Source of the DNA: Chloroflexota bacterium
Lineage (GTDB): Bacteria; Chloroflexota; Dehalococcoidia; UBA2979
Assembly: GCA_947470025.1 (NCBI GenBank)
Contig: CANIRU010000003.1
Span: forward strand, 1-61,446
Length of the DNA stretch: 61,446 nt
Direction: 5' to 3'
The notes beneath the pieces are model-generated. The model ran no database searches and was not told the origin of the DNA. It saw only the letters and a list, made by a program, of their open reading frames with translations. Every line of letters starts with the position of its first letter. The stretch's first letter is position 1. Below, piece by piece: positions 38,078 to 50,031 of the stretch. The position numbers and the translations under genes were made by a program.

Positions 38078-38944
38078 CTAGCCGAAGCGTCCGGTGATGT
38101 AGGCCTCGGTACGCTCGTCCTTCGGGTTGGTGAAGATCTCCTCGGTCGGCGCGTACTCGACCAGCCGTCCGACGCCGTCGTCGCCGGCGAGCATGAACGC
38201 CGTGTGGTCACTGACACGGGCGGCCTGCTGCATGTTGTGCGTGACGATGACGAGGGTGAAGTCCTTCGCCAGCGTGCGCATCAGATCCTCGACCTTCAGC
38301 GTCGCGACGGGGTCGAGGGCCGAACACGGCTCGTCCATGAGGACGACCTCGGGCTCCACCGCGATCGTGCGCGCGATGCAGAGACGCTGCTGCTGGCCGC
38401 CTGAGAGGGCCATGCCGGGCTTCTTCAGGTCGTCCTTCACCTCGTCCCAGAGCGCGGCCGCCTTCAGCGCGTGCTCGACGCGGCCATCGATCTCCGACCT
38501 GGAGCGGATGCCCATGAAGCGCAGACCGGCGGCGACGTTCTCCGCGATCGACATCGTCGGGAACGGGTTCGGCTTCTGGAACACCATGCCGATGCGCTGT
38601 CGCACCAGCGTCGGGTCCGCCCCGGGGGCGTAGATGTCCTCGCCCTCGAGGTACACGTGACCCTCCGCGCGGGCGCCGGTCGCCACCTCGTGCATGCGGT
38701 TGAACGTGCGGATCAGCGTGGACTTGCCGCACCCCGATGGGCCGATGAGCGCCGTAACGGAGTTCGCCTCGATGTCGAGCGAGACGTCGCCGACGGCGTG
38801 CTTCTTGCCGTACCACGCCGAGATGTGGTCGACGCGCAGCGCGAGGCGCTTGTCTGTCACCGACCGGGCATCGCCGCCGTTCGTGCGCGGACGCAGATCC
38901 AGGCCCTCGCCGTGCGGCTGCATCGTGGGCACACGGTCGGACAT
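38078..38944 (-). CDS. pstB: Phosphate ABC transporter ATP-binding protein
   Basis: [33 protein letters not shown] and [10 protein letters not shown]; ATG follows AGGAGG. Confidence 0.96.
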   Translation of the reverse strand: MSDRVPTMQPHGEGLDLRPRTNGGDARSVTDKRLALRVDHISAWYGKKHAVGDVSLDIEANSVTALIGPSGCGKSTLIRTFNRMHEVATGARAEGHVYLEGEDIYAPGADPTLVRQRIGMVFQKPNPFPTMSIAENVAAGLRFMGIRSRSEIDGRVEHALKAAALWDEVKDDLKKPGMALSGGQQQRLCIARTIAVEPEVVLMDEPCSALDPVATLKVEDLMRTLAKDFTLVIVTHNMQQAARVSDHTAFMLAGDDGVGRLVEYAPTEEIFTNPKDERTEAYITGRFG

Positions 38945-38976
38945 GCTGGCCTCCTTGGAGGGGTCGACTTGAAGAC

Positions 38977-39846
38977 TCACTGGCGCACCGTCACCTTCGA
39001 GCCGGCGATCGCACGCACGGCGAGACTCACGAGGAGAATGAACAGCACGAGCAGCAGGCTCATCGCCCACGCCTGCTCATGCCAGTAGTCGAACGGGCCC
39101 GAGGCATACGAGTAGATGCGGCTCGGCAGCGCATCGATCGGCCGCAGCAGGTCCGTGCTCGTGAACTGATTGCCCAGCGATGTGAACAGCAGCGGGGCCG
39201 CCTCGCCGGCTATACGCGACAGCGCCAGCATCAGCCCGGTGACGATGCCCGGCAGTGCCGTCGGCAACACGATCGTCAGCACCGTTTTCCACCGCGGCGC
39301 GCCGAGGGCGTACGCGGCCTCGCGCAGCGAGCGCGGGACCAGCAGCAGCATCTCCTCGGTGATCCGCGCGACGATCGGGAGCAGGATGATCGCGAGCGCG
39401 AGCGCGCCGGCGATGGCCATGAACTGCTTGTTCGGCAGCACGATCAGCGCGTACATGAACAGCCCGATCGTGATCGAGGGCATCCCGGCGAGCACATCGA
39501 CGAGGAAGCGCAGCACCGTGCCGAGGCGGTTCTGTCCGTACTCGGCGAGGAACACCCCGCACCCGATCGCGACCGGCGCACCGATGGCGAGAGCCAGGCC
39601 CACCATCACCACGCTGCCCGTGATCGCGTTGCGGACGCCGCCGCCCGCGCGGCCCGGCGAGTTGGGATCCTCGATCAGCAGAGCCGGCGTGAGCGACCCG
39701 AGGCCGTTCACCAGCAGGTGAAACACGATCAGCACCAGGGGGATCACCGCGAGGAGCGCGGCGAGCGCCATGACGGCGGTCATGCCACGATCGACGAACT
39801 TCCGGCGCTGGAAGCGCGCCTGCGAAGCAGCATTAGTCAGCATCAT
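38977..39846 (-). CDS. pstA: Phosphate ABC transporter permease PstA
   Basis: [19 protein letters not shown] and IAGEAAPLL; ATGA overlap with the pstC stop. Confidence 0.95.
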   Translation of the reverse strand: MMLTNAASQARFQRRKFVDRGMTAVMALAALLAVIPLVLIVFHLLVNGLGSLTPALLIEDPNSPGRAGGGVRNAITGSVVMVGLALAIGAPVAIGCGVFLAEYGQNRLGTVLRFLVDVLAGMPSITIGLFMYALIVLPNKQFMAIAGALALAIILLPIVARITEEMLLLVPRSLREAAYALGAPRWKTVLTIVLPTALPGIVTGLMLALSRIAGEAAPLLFTSLGNQFTSTDLLRPIDALPSRIYSYASGPFDYWHEQAWAMSLLLVLFILLVSLAVRAIAGSKVTVRQ

Positions 39847-40823
39847 TCGACGACCACCGCTCGTTGTCCGTTCGTGACGCGCCACACCAGCAGGCGGGCG
39901 ACGACGTTGATGAGGAAGGTCATGACGAGGAGCACCAGCGCGACCTCAAGGAGCGCGGCACGGTGCGTCGGCCCGTCGGCCTCCTGGAACTGGTTCGCGA
40001 TCACACTCGCCATCGTGTACGTCGGCGCGAAGATCGAGTCCGCGATCGCGGCGCGGTTGCCGATGACCAGCGTCACCGCCAACGTTTCGCCCACCGCTCG
40101 CGCGAGGCCGAGGATGGCACCGCCGATGACACCGGAGCGCGCGTACGGGATGACCGCGATCTGGATCATCTCCCAGCGGGTCGCGCCCAGCGCCAGGATG
40201 CCCTCGCGCTGACTGCCCGGGACCGCGCCGATGACGTCACGCGAGATCGCCATGATCGTTGGCACGATCATGATCGTGAGCACGACGATCGCCGGCAGCA
40301 GACCAGTGACCCGAGGCGTCCCCGAGAAGAACGGAATCACAAGTCCAAGGGTGTTCGTGATCACCGGGCCGACCACGTTCACCAGGAACGGCCCGAGCAC
40401 GTAGATGCCCCACAGGCCGTACACGACGCTGGGAATCGCGGCGAGCAACTCGACCATGTACCCGATCGGCCGCGCCAGCCAGCTCGGCGCGATCTCCACG
40501 AGATACAGCGCCACGAGCACCGCAACGATCGTCGCGAGGATCAGCGCGGACACCGATGTGATCGCCGTACCGACGATGAAGACGCCGGCCCCGTACATCC
40601 CCTGCGAGGGGTTCCACACCGTCCCGAAGATGAAGCCCAGCCCGTTGTCGACGATGCTCGACCATGACCGGTAGATGAGTTGGTAGAAGAGCCCAATGAT
40701 GATCAGCAGCACCACGGCAGCGGCCCCGCCGGTGATGCCCCCAAACAGCGTGTCCGCGATGTGTCGACCGCCCGTGATCACGGTGCGTGCCGCGCGCGGT
40801 CCGTCCGCCTTCGTCACAGCCAT
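39843..40823 (-). CDS. pstC: Phosphate ABC transporter permease PstC
   Basis: VELLAAIPSVVYGLWG, ALGATRWE and RAVGETLAV motifs. Confidence 0.95.
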   Translation of the reverse strand: MAVTKADGPRAARTVITGGRHIADTLFGGITGGAAAVVLLIIIGLFYQLIYRSWSSIVDNGLGFIFGTVWNPSQGMYGAGVFIVGTAITSVSALILATIVAVLVALYLVEIAPSWLARPIGYMVELLAAIPSVVYGLWGIYVLGPFLVNVVGPVITNTLGLVIPFFSGTPRVTGLLPAIVVLTIMIVPTIMAISRDVIGAVPGSQREGILALGATRWEMIQIAVIPYARSGVIGGAILGLARAVGETLAVTLVIGNRAAIADSIFAPTYTMASVIANQFQEADGPTHRAALLEVALVLLVMTFLINVVARLLVWRVTNGQRAVVVE

Positions 40824-40914
40824 GCGGTGTCCTCAGGTGCCGGGAGACCCGGATCAGTGGCGTTGGTTCGAGGTAGGGGTTCCCGCCGCCTACTCGCGGA
40901 TCGTCGCAGGGCCG

Positions 40915-40933
40915 CGTTAATGGTCGATTAACG
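40915..40933. promoter_or_regulatory. Candidate Pho-box-like operator upstream of pstC
   Basis: cgttaat-ggtcg-attaacg: an AT-rich inverted repeat that is also a TTAA direct repeat with 11-nt period. Confidence 0.35.
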
Positions 40934-41016
40934 TCGCCGGTTCCCTCGCATGAGCGCACGAGAGGAGGCCCGGCGCGCTGGCCGGGCCTCCTCGGTGCGT
41001 TCGGGCGCCTGGAACC

Positions 41017-41979
41017 CTACGGGACGAGGATCAGCTTGCCGATGGTCTCGCGCTGCTCGAGGGCGGCGTGGGCCTTCGAGGCCTCGGCGAGGGGATACTC
41101 GGCGAAGACGCGCACCTTCAGCGCCCCGCTCTCGACCCAGCCGAAGACGTCCCCGGAACGCTGGAGCAGCGTCTCCCGCGTCGAGGTGTAGACGCCCAGG
41201 TTCGCCCGTGTCAGATACAGGCACCCCTTGGCATTCAGCACGGTGGTGTCGATGGGGTCCGGCTCGCCGCTCGCGGAACCGTACAGCGCCATCGTCCCGA
41301 GCGGACGGATCGCGTCGAGCCCTTTGAGCATCGTGGTCTTGCCGACGCTGTCGTAGATCACGTCCACGCCGCGCCCGTTGGTCAGGGATTTCACGACCTC
41401 GACGAAGTCAGTGGTCTCGTAATTGATGACCTCGTCCGCGCCGGCCTCACGGGCCGCGGCTTCCTTGTCGGCGCTGGAGACGGTGCCGATCACGCGCGCG
41501 CCTCGGCTCTTCGCGATCTGCGTCAGCAGCAGGCCGACGCCCCCCGCCGCCGCGTGGACGAGGCACGTGTCGTTCGGCCCGAGGGCGTACGTGGTCGTGG
41601 CGAGGTAGTGCGCCGTCATGCCCTGCAGCAGCACGGCCGCGGCCAGCTTCGTCGACAGGCCCGCCGGGACGGGCAACAGCCGCGCGACCGGCACGACCTG
41701 CTTCTCCGCATACGCGCCCGGCGCGCCGTTATAGGCGACCCGGTCGCCCACTTTGAACGCGGTGACGTCCGGCCCGAGCGCCTCGACGACACCCGCGCCC
41801 TCCTGCCCGACGATCGAGGGGAACGTGCCCCGCCCGCGCCGCGCGTACACGTCCGCGAAGTTGATGCCGGCCGCCTCGACCTTCACGAGCACCTGCCCGG
41901 CGGCGGGCGTCGGGTCCTCCACGTCCACGTACTCGAGGACCTCGGGGCCACCGGGCACTGACATGCGAATCGCCTTCAT
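41017..41979 (-). CDS. qor: NADPH:quinone oxidoreductase (zeta-crystallin/MDR family)
   Basis: GINFAD, GQEGAG, LLQGMTAHYL, HAAAGGVG and DSVGK motifs. Confidence 0.9.
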   Translation of the reverse strand: MKAIRMSVPGGPEVLEYVDVEDPTPAAGQVLVKVEAAGINFADVYARRGRGTFPSIVGQEGAGVVEALGPDVTAFKVGDRVAYNGAPGAYAEKQVVPVARLLPVPAGLSTKLAAAVLLQGMTAHYLATTTYALGPNDTCLVHAAAGGVGLLLTQIAKSRGARVIGTVSSADKEAAAREAGADEVINYETTDFVEVVKSLTNGRGVDVIYDSVGKTTMLKGLDAIRPLGTMALYGSASGEPDPIDTTVLNAKGCLYLTRANLGVYTSTRETLLQRSGDVFGWVESGALKVRVFAEYPLAEASKAHAALEQRETIGKLILVP

Positions 41980-42054
41980 CGTCTGTCCTTACCCTCCGGA
42001 CTGATCTGTATCGATGGATGCGTGTCGTGCCGCCTCGACGGCGGCTCGTGCGCG

Positions 42055-42846
42055 CTACTGCGTGATCGACCGTCCGCCATCGACGACGATCGTCTGGCCG
42101 GTGATGTAGTTCGAAGCGTCCGAGGCGAGGTAGACCGCCAGCAGACCGAGGTCGCGGAAGCTGCCGAGTCGCTTCAACGGCACCGGAGCAGAGCCAACGC
42201 GCACACGCTCGGCGTATTCCTCGGGCGTCATCTGCTCGGGATCGGGGAACTGGCCCGGCGCGATCGCGTTCACCCGCACGTGGTGCGGCGCCCACTCCTG
42301 CGCCAGCACCTCGGTGTACCTCGTAAGCCCGGCCTTCGAGGCGGCGTACGCGGCGGTGTTCGCCGACGCGCGGATCGCGGCAATGCCCGAGATGTTGATC
42401 GCGCACCCCGAGCCCTGCGCCAGGAGCGTGGGCCCGAAGACGTGGCACCCGACGTACGCCTGCGTCAGGTTCACGTCCACGATGCGGTGCCAGTCCGCCT
42501 CGGTCATCGCCGGATGCGTGGCCCCCGGCGCAGCGGCCACGGCCCCGCGGATCGAGTCGCCGACGCAGTTCACGAGGATGTCGAGGCCGCCGAGCTGCGC
42601 CAGCACGTTGTCCGCGATGCCCTGCATCGCCTCGACGCTGGTGCCGTCAGCGGCCCAGCCAAAGCCTCGACGTCCCAGCGCGCGGATCTCGGACGCGACC
42701 TGGTCGGCGTTCGCCTGCCCGAAGCTGGTCACGCCGACGTCCGCGCCGGCCTCGGCCATGACCAGCGCAATGCCCTTGCCGATGCCTCGACCGGCGCCCG
42801 TGACCAGCACGCGTCGCCCGGTGAGATCGAAGTCTGCGAGTGCCAA
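42055..42846 (-). CDS. Short-chain dehydrogenase/reductase (SDR)
   Basis: TGAGRGIG, YAASK and VRVNAIAPG; TTG start after GGGGGGA. Confidence 0.9.
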   Translation of the reverse strand: MALADFDLTGRRVLVTGAGRGIGKGIALVMAEAGADVGVTSFGQANADQVASEIRALGRRGFGWAADGTSVEAMQGIADNVLAQLGGLDILVNCVGDSIRGAVAAAPGATHPAMTEADWHRIVDVNLTQAYVGCHVFGPTLLAQGSGCAINISGIAAIRASANTAAYAASKAGLTRYTEVLAQEWAPHHVRVNAIAPGQFPDPEQMTPEEYAERVRVGSAPVPLKRLGSFRDLGLLAVYLASDASNYITGQTIVVDGGRSITQ

Positions 42847-43023
42847 GTTCCCCCCTGTCCCCGCGCCGCGCTCGCCGCGCGGCGGCTGCGATGGTACCCC
42901 GGTTGGGTATCTCCGCGTTGCTGGAGAGGGTTCTGAACGGAACAGTCTTGATTCCGCGCGCACGCGCAGCGGGAGAGAGGGCGGATGAGGTTCTTGAACT
43001 CCTGGATGCGACGCAGGGTGTCG

Positions 43024-43118
43024 AACTCCGCCGGAAGTGTGAGGGGCGCAGTTCCTCGCACCTGGTTCTCTGCTTCTGAACCCCTCCCGCGCCGGGAGAA
43101 GCAGGAGTGGGCCGCCCC
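43024..43118 (+). repeat. Composite REP element, degenerate right half (copy D)
   Basis: aactccgccggaagtgtgaggggcgcagttcctcgcacctggttctc...cccctcccgcgccgggag...gtgggccgcccc aligns with the 93-nt core of copies A and B. Confidence 0.85.
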
Positions 43119-43271
43119 TCGCGGGCACCCCGGCGCCACTCGTGACGTCGAGGGTTCGCTCGATCGGCCGACCGGACTTTGCCCTCGGCGCGAAACGGGC
43201 CAAGATGGGAGGACACTCCCCGCCCGCCGCGCACGCTCCCCACACCGCGGGCAGCCCCGAAGGAACCTCCC

Positions 43272-44948
<1,677 letters not shown>

Positions 44949-44961
44949 CGCCCGTCCCCTT

Positions 44962-45007
44962 CCCCCACCCCAACCCTCCCCGTGAAGGGGGAGGGTTGGG
45001 GTGGGGG
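44962..45007. repeat. Solo BoxC-like palindrome with a 20-bp perfect stem
   Basis: cccccaccccaaccctcccc-gtgaag-ggggagggttggggtggggg between convergent genes. Confidence 0.75.
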
Positions 45008-45032
45008 TTCTGCCTCTCCCGTCCGCTCTCGA

Positions 45033-46805
45033 CTACTCCAGCCCCGCGAGGCGGCGGAAGTTCGGCTCGCCGTGCGCGATCGGGGGCAGCTCCCACGTGC
45101 CGGTGCCGACCGGACGGATCTCGCGGTCCACGCGCACATCGAGGAGATACGGCTTGTTTGCCGCGATCGCCGTCTCCAGCGCACCCTCGAGGTCGGCGGC
45201 GCGATCGACGCGGACGCCCTCGGCGCCCATCGAGCGCGCCATCATCGCGAAGTCCGGTGAGAGCAGCGCGCCCGTCTTCTGGTTCTGGAAGCTCGTCGAG
45301 TGCTCCTCGCCGAACATGCCGATCTGCATGTCGCGGATGGACGAGTACCCGTAGTTGTTCCACACCACCCACACCGCGGGGATGTCGTACTCAACCGCCG
45401 TCGCGATGATGTGCGGCGTCATCATGAACGAGCCGTCGCCGACGACGGCGACCGCCGGGAACTCCGGTGCCGCCAACTTCGCGCCGAGGATCCCGCACGT
45501 CGCGAAGCCCATGGAGGCGAAGCCCCACGACTGGAGCAGGTGCCTCGGCTGCTGCGCCTTCCACAGCTGCACCATCCAGTTGTGGTGGACACCGACATCG
45601 GTCGCGACGAGCGCGTTACCGGGGATGACGTTCGCCATGCCGGTGACGAAGCGCTCCGGGCGCAGCGGCTCCTGCTCGGACGCCATGAACGGCGACTGGT
45701 AGCGATCCCAGACCGCGCGCGCCTCGTTCAGCTGGCCGACCCACTCCGTGTACGTCTTCGGCGTCTCCAGCCGCTCCGCCGCGCGCCGCACGAGGATGTC
45801 GAGGCTCCCGCTGATGTCCCCGAGGATGCCGAGCGTGACCGGGTAGTTGCGGCCGATCTCCTGCGGGTCGTTGTCGATCTGGATCAGCTTCGTCTTGCTG
45901 GAAAACGTGTAGCCATCGATCCACGCGCTCGTCGTGCGGTCGTCGAACGAGCAGCCGAGCGCGAGGAGCACATCGGCCTGGCGGCTCGCCTCGTTGGCGG
46001 CGTACGGGCCGTTGCGGCCCACCGCGCCGAACGCGAGCTCGTGCGTCTCGTTGATCGTGCCCTTGCCGTTGGGGCTGGTGACCACGGGGATGCGCAGGTA
46101 TTCGAGCAGCGCCATCAGCGACTCGGTCGCCTCGCCGATCAGCCCGCCCTGCCCCACGAGGATCACCGGGCGCTGCGCCGACAGCAGCAGGTCGAGCGCC
46201 TGCTCGAGGGCGGCGGGGTCACCGGGGAAGCGCTGGAACACCAGCGGGTCAGGCGTCGGCAGTTCCAGCTCTGCACTCTCCTGGAAGACGTTGAGCGGGA
46301 CGTCGATGTTCACGGGACCGGGACGGCCGGTGCGCAGCAGGCCGAACGCCTGCTTCATCGTCAGCGGGAGCATCTCGACGCGGGTCGGCTGGAACGACTT
46401 CTTCACCAGCGGCCGGATCACGGACGGGAAGTCGCCCTGGAAGTAGCGGCCCGTCTCCTGGAACGGCATGCGGTTGAACTGCGTCGTCGGCACGTTCCCT
46501 GTGATCGCCAGGAACGAGGACGAGTCCATCATCGCGCCCGCCAGCGCCACGGGCAGGTTGCACGACCCCGGCCCGCTCGAGGTGAACGTGACGACCGGCT
46601 GGTGCTTCACCTTGTAGTAGGCGTCCGCCATGTAGCCGGCGGCCTGTTCGTGGTGGACGGAGATCGTCTTGATCGCGTCGCCCGCGTCGCGCACCGCGTC
46701 GAGGAAGCCGATGTTCCCGTGCCCGCCGACCCCGAAGAGGTACGGCACCTCTTCCTTGATGATGTAGTCGACCATGATCTCGGCGCCCTTGTAGGAGCGT
46801 GCCAT
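45033..46805 (-). CDS. Thiamine pyrophosphate-binding enzyme (acetolactate synthase/IolD-like superfamily)
   Basis: HHEQAAGYMADAY, GPGSCN, GRPGPVNIDVP and GDGSFMM...NN TPP motif. Confidence 0.9.
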   Translation of the reverse strand: MARSYKGAEIMVDYIIKEEVPYLFGVGGHGNIGFLDAVRDAGDAIKTISVHHEQAAGYMADAYYKVKHQPVVTFTSSGPGSCNLPVALAGAMMDSSSFLAITGNVPTTQFNRMPFQETGRYFQGDFPSVIRPLVKKSFQPTRVEMLPLTMKQAFGLLRTGRPGPVNIDVPLNVFQESAELELPTPDPLVFQRFPGDPAALEQALDLLLSAQRPVILVGQGGLIGEATESLMALLEYLRIPVVTSPNGKGTINETHELAFGAVGRNGPYAANEASRQADVLLALGCSFDDRTTSAWIDGYTFSSKTKLIQIDNDPQEIGRNYPVTLGILGDISGSLDILVRRAAERLETPKTYTEWVGQLNEARAVWDRYQSPFMASEQEPLRPERFVTGMANVIPGNALVATDVGVHHNWMVQLWKAQQPRHLLQSWGFASMGFATCGILGAKLAAPEFPAVAVVGDGSFMMTPHIIATAVEYDIPAVWVVWNNYGYSSIRDMQIGMFGEEHSTSFQNQKTGALLSPDFAMMARSMGAEGVRVDRAADLEGALETAIAANKPYLLDVRVDREIRPVGTGTWELPPIAHGEPNFRRLAGLE

Positions 46806-46915
46806 GTCTGTGTCCTTCCCGCGGCGAGCGCGTCGATCAGCCCTCGAAGCGTAGGTGCGCCCGCGAACCGCACACAAGCCGCACACGAGACGCCCGGGCG
46901 CGCGATACTGCCGCC

Positions 46916-47416
46916 ATGCCTGACCCCGCCACCTCGCCGCTGACCGTCCGCCGCGCGACCCGCGCCGATGTCCCCGCGATCGTCGCGATGCTCGCCGACG
47001 ACCACCTCGGTGTCACGCGCGAGGCAGCGCCCGGTGCGTCCGAGGCAGACGTTCCCGCGTCCTACCTCGAAGCGTTCGAGGCGATCGACGCCGACCCGCA
47101 CCAGAAGCTGGTGGTGGCGGAGCTCGACGGCGCGGCCGTCGGCACGATGCAGCTGACGTTCATCCCGTACCTCACGTACCAGGGCGGCTGGCGCGCACAG
47201 ATCGAGGCGGTGCGCATCGCCTCGACGCGTCGGGGCGACGGCCTCGGGCACGAATTCTTCGCGTGGGCGATCGAGCGGGCGCGGCAGCGCGGCTGCCACC
47301 TCGTGCAGCTCACGACGGACAAGCGACGCGGCGACGCGCATCGGTTCTACGAAGCGCTCGGCTTCGTCGCCTCGCACGAGGGCATGAAGCTGGACTTGCG
47401 GCAGGAGCACCCATGA
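46916..47416 (+). CDS. GNAT N-acetyltransferase
   Basis: IEAVRIASTRRGDGLG, CHLVQLTTDKRR..AHRFYEALGF motifs. Confidence 0.9.
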   Translation: MPDPATSPLTVRRATRADVPAIVAMLADDHLGVTREAAPGASEADVPASYLEAFEAIDADPHQKLVVAELDGAAVGTMQLTFIPYLTYQGGWRAQIEAVRIASTRRGDGLGHEFFAWAIERARQRGCHLVQLTTDKRRGDAHRFYEALGFVASHEGMKLDLRQEHP

Positions 47417-48279
47417 TCACCGACGCCCAGGTACACATCTACGCCCCGAACACGCCCGCCCACCCGTGGCCGAACCAGCCGGGCCGCGGCTCCGCGCCGT
47501 GGACGCACCCCAACGGCTTCTCCGCCGAGGAGATGCTCGGCGCGATGGAGGCGGTCGGCGTCGACCGCGCGGTGATCGTGCCGCCCGTGTGGGCCGGCGA
47601 GGACAACTCGCCCGCCCTCCGTGCCGCCGTCCGCTATCCCGGCCGCTTCGCCGTGATGGGCCGCTTCGACCCGTATGCGCCCGACGCGCCGGAGCGCCTC
47701 GAACGCTGGCTCGACACGCCGTCGATGATCGGCATCCGCATGAGCGGGCGCTGGGACACCGTCCCCACCTCGGCACGCGAAGCCCTCGAGGATCCGGCGA
47801 TCGAGTGGTACTGGGAGACGTGCGAGCGCCTCGGTATCCCGCTCGCGATCCTCGTCGGCGCGTCGATGCCCGCGCTGCTGCCGATCGTGCAGCGACACCC
47901 GCGGCTGCGCGTGATCATCGACCACTCCGGGATGCGCGGCGCGAACAGCCTCGCCGAGGCGTTCGACACGATTCCCACGATGACCGAGCTCGCGCGACAC
48001 GCCAACGTCTCGATCAAGATGGGCAGCATCCCAAACGCCTCCGCGCGCGACTACCCGTTCGCGGACGTGCATCCATACCTTGCGCGCATCCACGCCGCGT
48101 TCGGCGCGCAGCGCATGCTCTGGGAGTCTGACTTCACGCAGCTCGGCAGCCGTCTCTATGCCGACTGCCTGCGCATGTGGCAGGAAGGCGTGTCGTTCAT
48201 CGCCGACGACGAGCGCGACTGGATCCTCGGACGCGCCGCTGCCGAGGTGCTGCGTTGGCCGGAGCCGCGCGACCGCTAG
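47413..48279 (+). CDS. Amidohydrolase 2 family protein
   Basis: ITDAQVH, GVDRAVIV, VIIDHSG, FGAQRMLWESD; ATGA-coupled to the GNAT gene. Confidence 0.88.
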   Translation: MITDAQVHIYAPNTPAHPWPNQPGRGSAPWTHPNGFSAEEMLGAMEAVGVDRAVIVPPVWAGEDNSPALRAAVRYPGRFAVMGRFDPYAPDAPERLERWLDTPSMIGIRMSGRWDTVPTSAREALEDPAIEWYWETCERLGIPLAILVGASMPALLPIVQRHPRLRVIIDHSGMRGANSLAEAFDTIPTMTELARHANVSIKMGSIPNASARDYPFADVHPYLARIHAAFGAQRMLWESDFTQLGSRLYADCLRMWQEGVSFIADDERDWILGRAAAEVLRWPEPRDR

Positions 48280-49865
48280 AGGATCTCGGGCGGCGCGGGA
48301 TCCTCGAACCGGCGGCTCAGCGGGATCGGGCGCTGCATCACCGTGACGCCGACGACGGCCACCGCGGCGACCGCCGAGACCGCGAAGATCAGCTGGATCG
48401 CGGAAGCCACCGAGCTGCGCTGTGCCGCGAGCGCGCGGTCGAGGAGCACCGCACCGCCCGGCTGCGTGTGCACCTCGCTCGCCGCGGCATCGAACTTCGC
48501 CGCGTCGAGTTGAAGCGTCGGGTCCTGGAACGACTCGTACGTGGCGGGCGAGACCGCGCGCGCGAGGTCGGGGACCTCGTGCTGGAACGAGGACATGTAC
48601 CCGGCGACAAACATGAGCCCGAAGATACCCGTACCGAACGCCTGCGCGACCTGCATGAAGAACTGCCGGGAGCTCGCCGCGACGCCCTGCTGATCCCTGG
48701 ACACCGCCGCCTGCGCGACGACCTGCGAGATCGGGAAGACCATCCCCTCCCCGAATCCCATCAGCCCCATGAACACTGCGAGATACCAGATTGGCTGACC
48801 GGCATCGAGGCGCCACAGGAGCGCCGTCGCGATCAACATGCAGCACGCACCGAACGTCATGACGCCCTTGTACTTGCCTCGACGCGCGACGAGCTGGCCG
48901 CCGAGCGTGCTCGTCAGCAGCAGCGCGAGCGCGCGCGGGATGATCACGACGCCCGACGCCGTGGCCGACCCGCCGAGCGAGGTCTGCACGAACGTCGGGA
49001 GGTACGGCAGAGCGCCGAAGATGCAGGAGGCCGCAATCACCGTGATCCCGATGGAGTTCATGAACGGGGCGTTCCGGAACAGCGACAGCGGGATCACCGC
49101 ATGCGGGTGGCGGCGCTCCTGGAACACGAACGCCACGGCCGTGACGAGCGACACGCCGAGGAGCCCCAGCGTCGGCACGGACAGCCAGCCGAACGCCTCG
49201 CTCGCCCAGATCAGCGCGAACATCGAGCTCACGGTCGCGACCGCGAGCAACGCCGACCCGGCGAAGTCGACGTCCGAGGCGCGCCCGCCACTCCCGCCGC
49301 CCGCGGGCAACCGCAGGGCGATGAGGGTCGCCGACAGCACCCCCAGCGGGATGTTGAGGTAGAAGCTCCACCGCCAGCCGGGGCCGTCCGTGAGGAAGCC
49401 GCCGATCGCGGGGCCGGCCATCAACGAGAACGTGAACATCCCGGTCATGAGCGGCAGGTACTTGGCGCGCTCGATCGGCGTGAACAGGTCGCCGAGGGTG
49501 GCGAAGACGCACGCGACGATCGCCCCGCCGCCGATGCCCTGCAGGCAGCGCATCGCGATCAGGAACTCCATCGACGGCGCGGCGCCGCATCCGGCCGACG
49601 CGCCGACGAACAACAGGACACCGCCGAGAAGATAGTTCCGCCGGCCGAACATGTCCGACAGCTTCCCGACGAACGGGATCGTCACCGTGGAGGCCACGGC
49701 GTAGATCGAGAACACCCATCCGAGCAGGTGCAGCCCGCCCAGGTCGGCGACGATGCGCGGCACCGCCGCCGCGACGATCGACTGGTCGAGGGCGAACAGG
49801 AACATCGCCGTCATGAGCGCGGACATGATCACGAGCTTCTCGCTCGTGGTCATCGTTGCGCCCAT
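48276..49865 (-). CDS. MDR-type MFS transporter (DHA2, EmrB/QacA-like)
   Basis: FLFALDQSIV, GKLSDMFGRR, QGIGGG, GPAIGGFLTD..GWRWSFYLNIP motifs; start could also be 49853. Confidence 0.92.
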   Translation of the reverse strand: MGATMTTSEKLVIMSALMTAMFLFALDQSIVAAAVPRIVADLGGLHLLGWVFSIYAVASTVTIPFVGKLSDMFGRRNYLLGGVLLFVGASAGCGAAPSMEFLIAMRCLQGIGGGAIVACVFATLGDLFTPIERAKYLPLMTGMFTFSLMAGPAIGGFLTDGPGWRWSFYLNIPLGVLSATLIALRLPAGGGSGGRASDVDFAGSALLAVATVSSMFALIWASEAFGWLSVPTLGLLGVSLVTAVAFVFQERRHPHAVIPLSLFRNAPFMNSIGITVIAASCIFGALPYLPTFVQTSLGGSATASGVVIIPRALALLLTSTLGGQLVARRGKYKGVMTFGACCMLIATALLWRLDAGQPIWYLAVFMGLMGFGEGMVFPISQVVAQAAVSRDQQGVAASSRQFFMQVAQAFGTGIFGLMFVAGYMSSFQHEVPDLARAVSPATYESFQDPTLQLDAAKFDAAASEVHTQPGGAVLLDRALAAQRSSVASAIQLIFAVSAVAAVAVVGVTVMQRPIPLSRRFEDPAPPEIL

Positions 49866-50031
49866 GGGCGCTCGGGCGGATGGGGTCACGTGGGCCAAGG
49901 GAGGCTCAGTTCTTGTACGCACCGTCCGCGCTCGGCGATCACGAAGAAGTCGCGGCGTGCGCCGACAGCGTAGGCCCGCATACCGCCTCGGTCACGCGCG
50001 CCCGCGCGCCGCGTCGTTCTCCCTCGACGGC

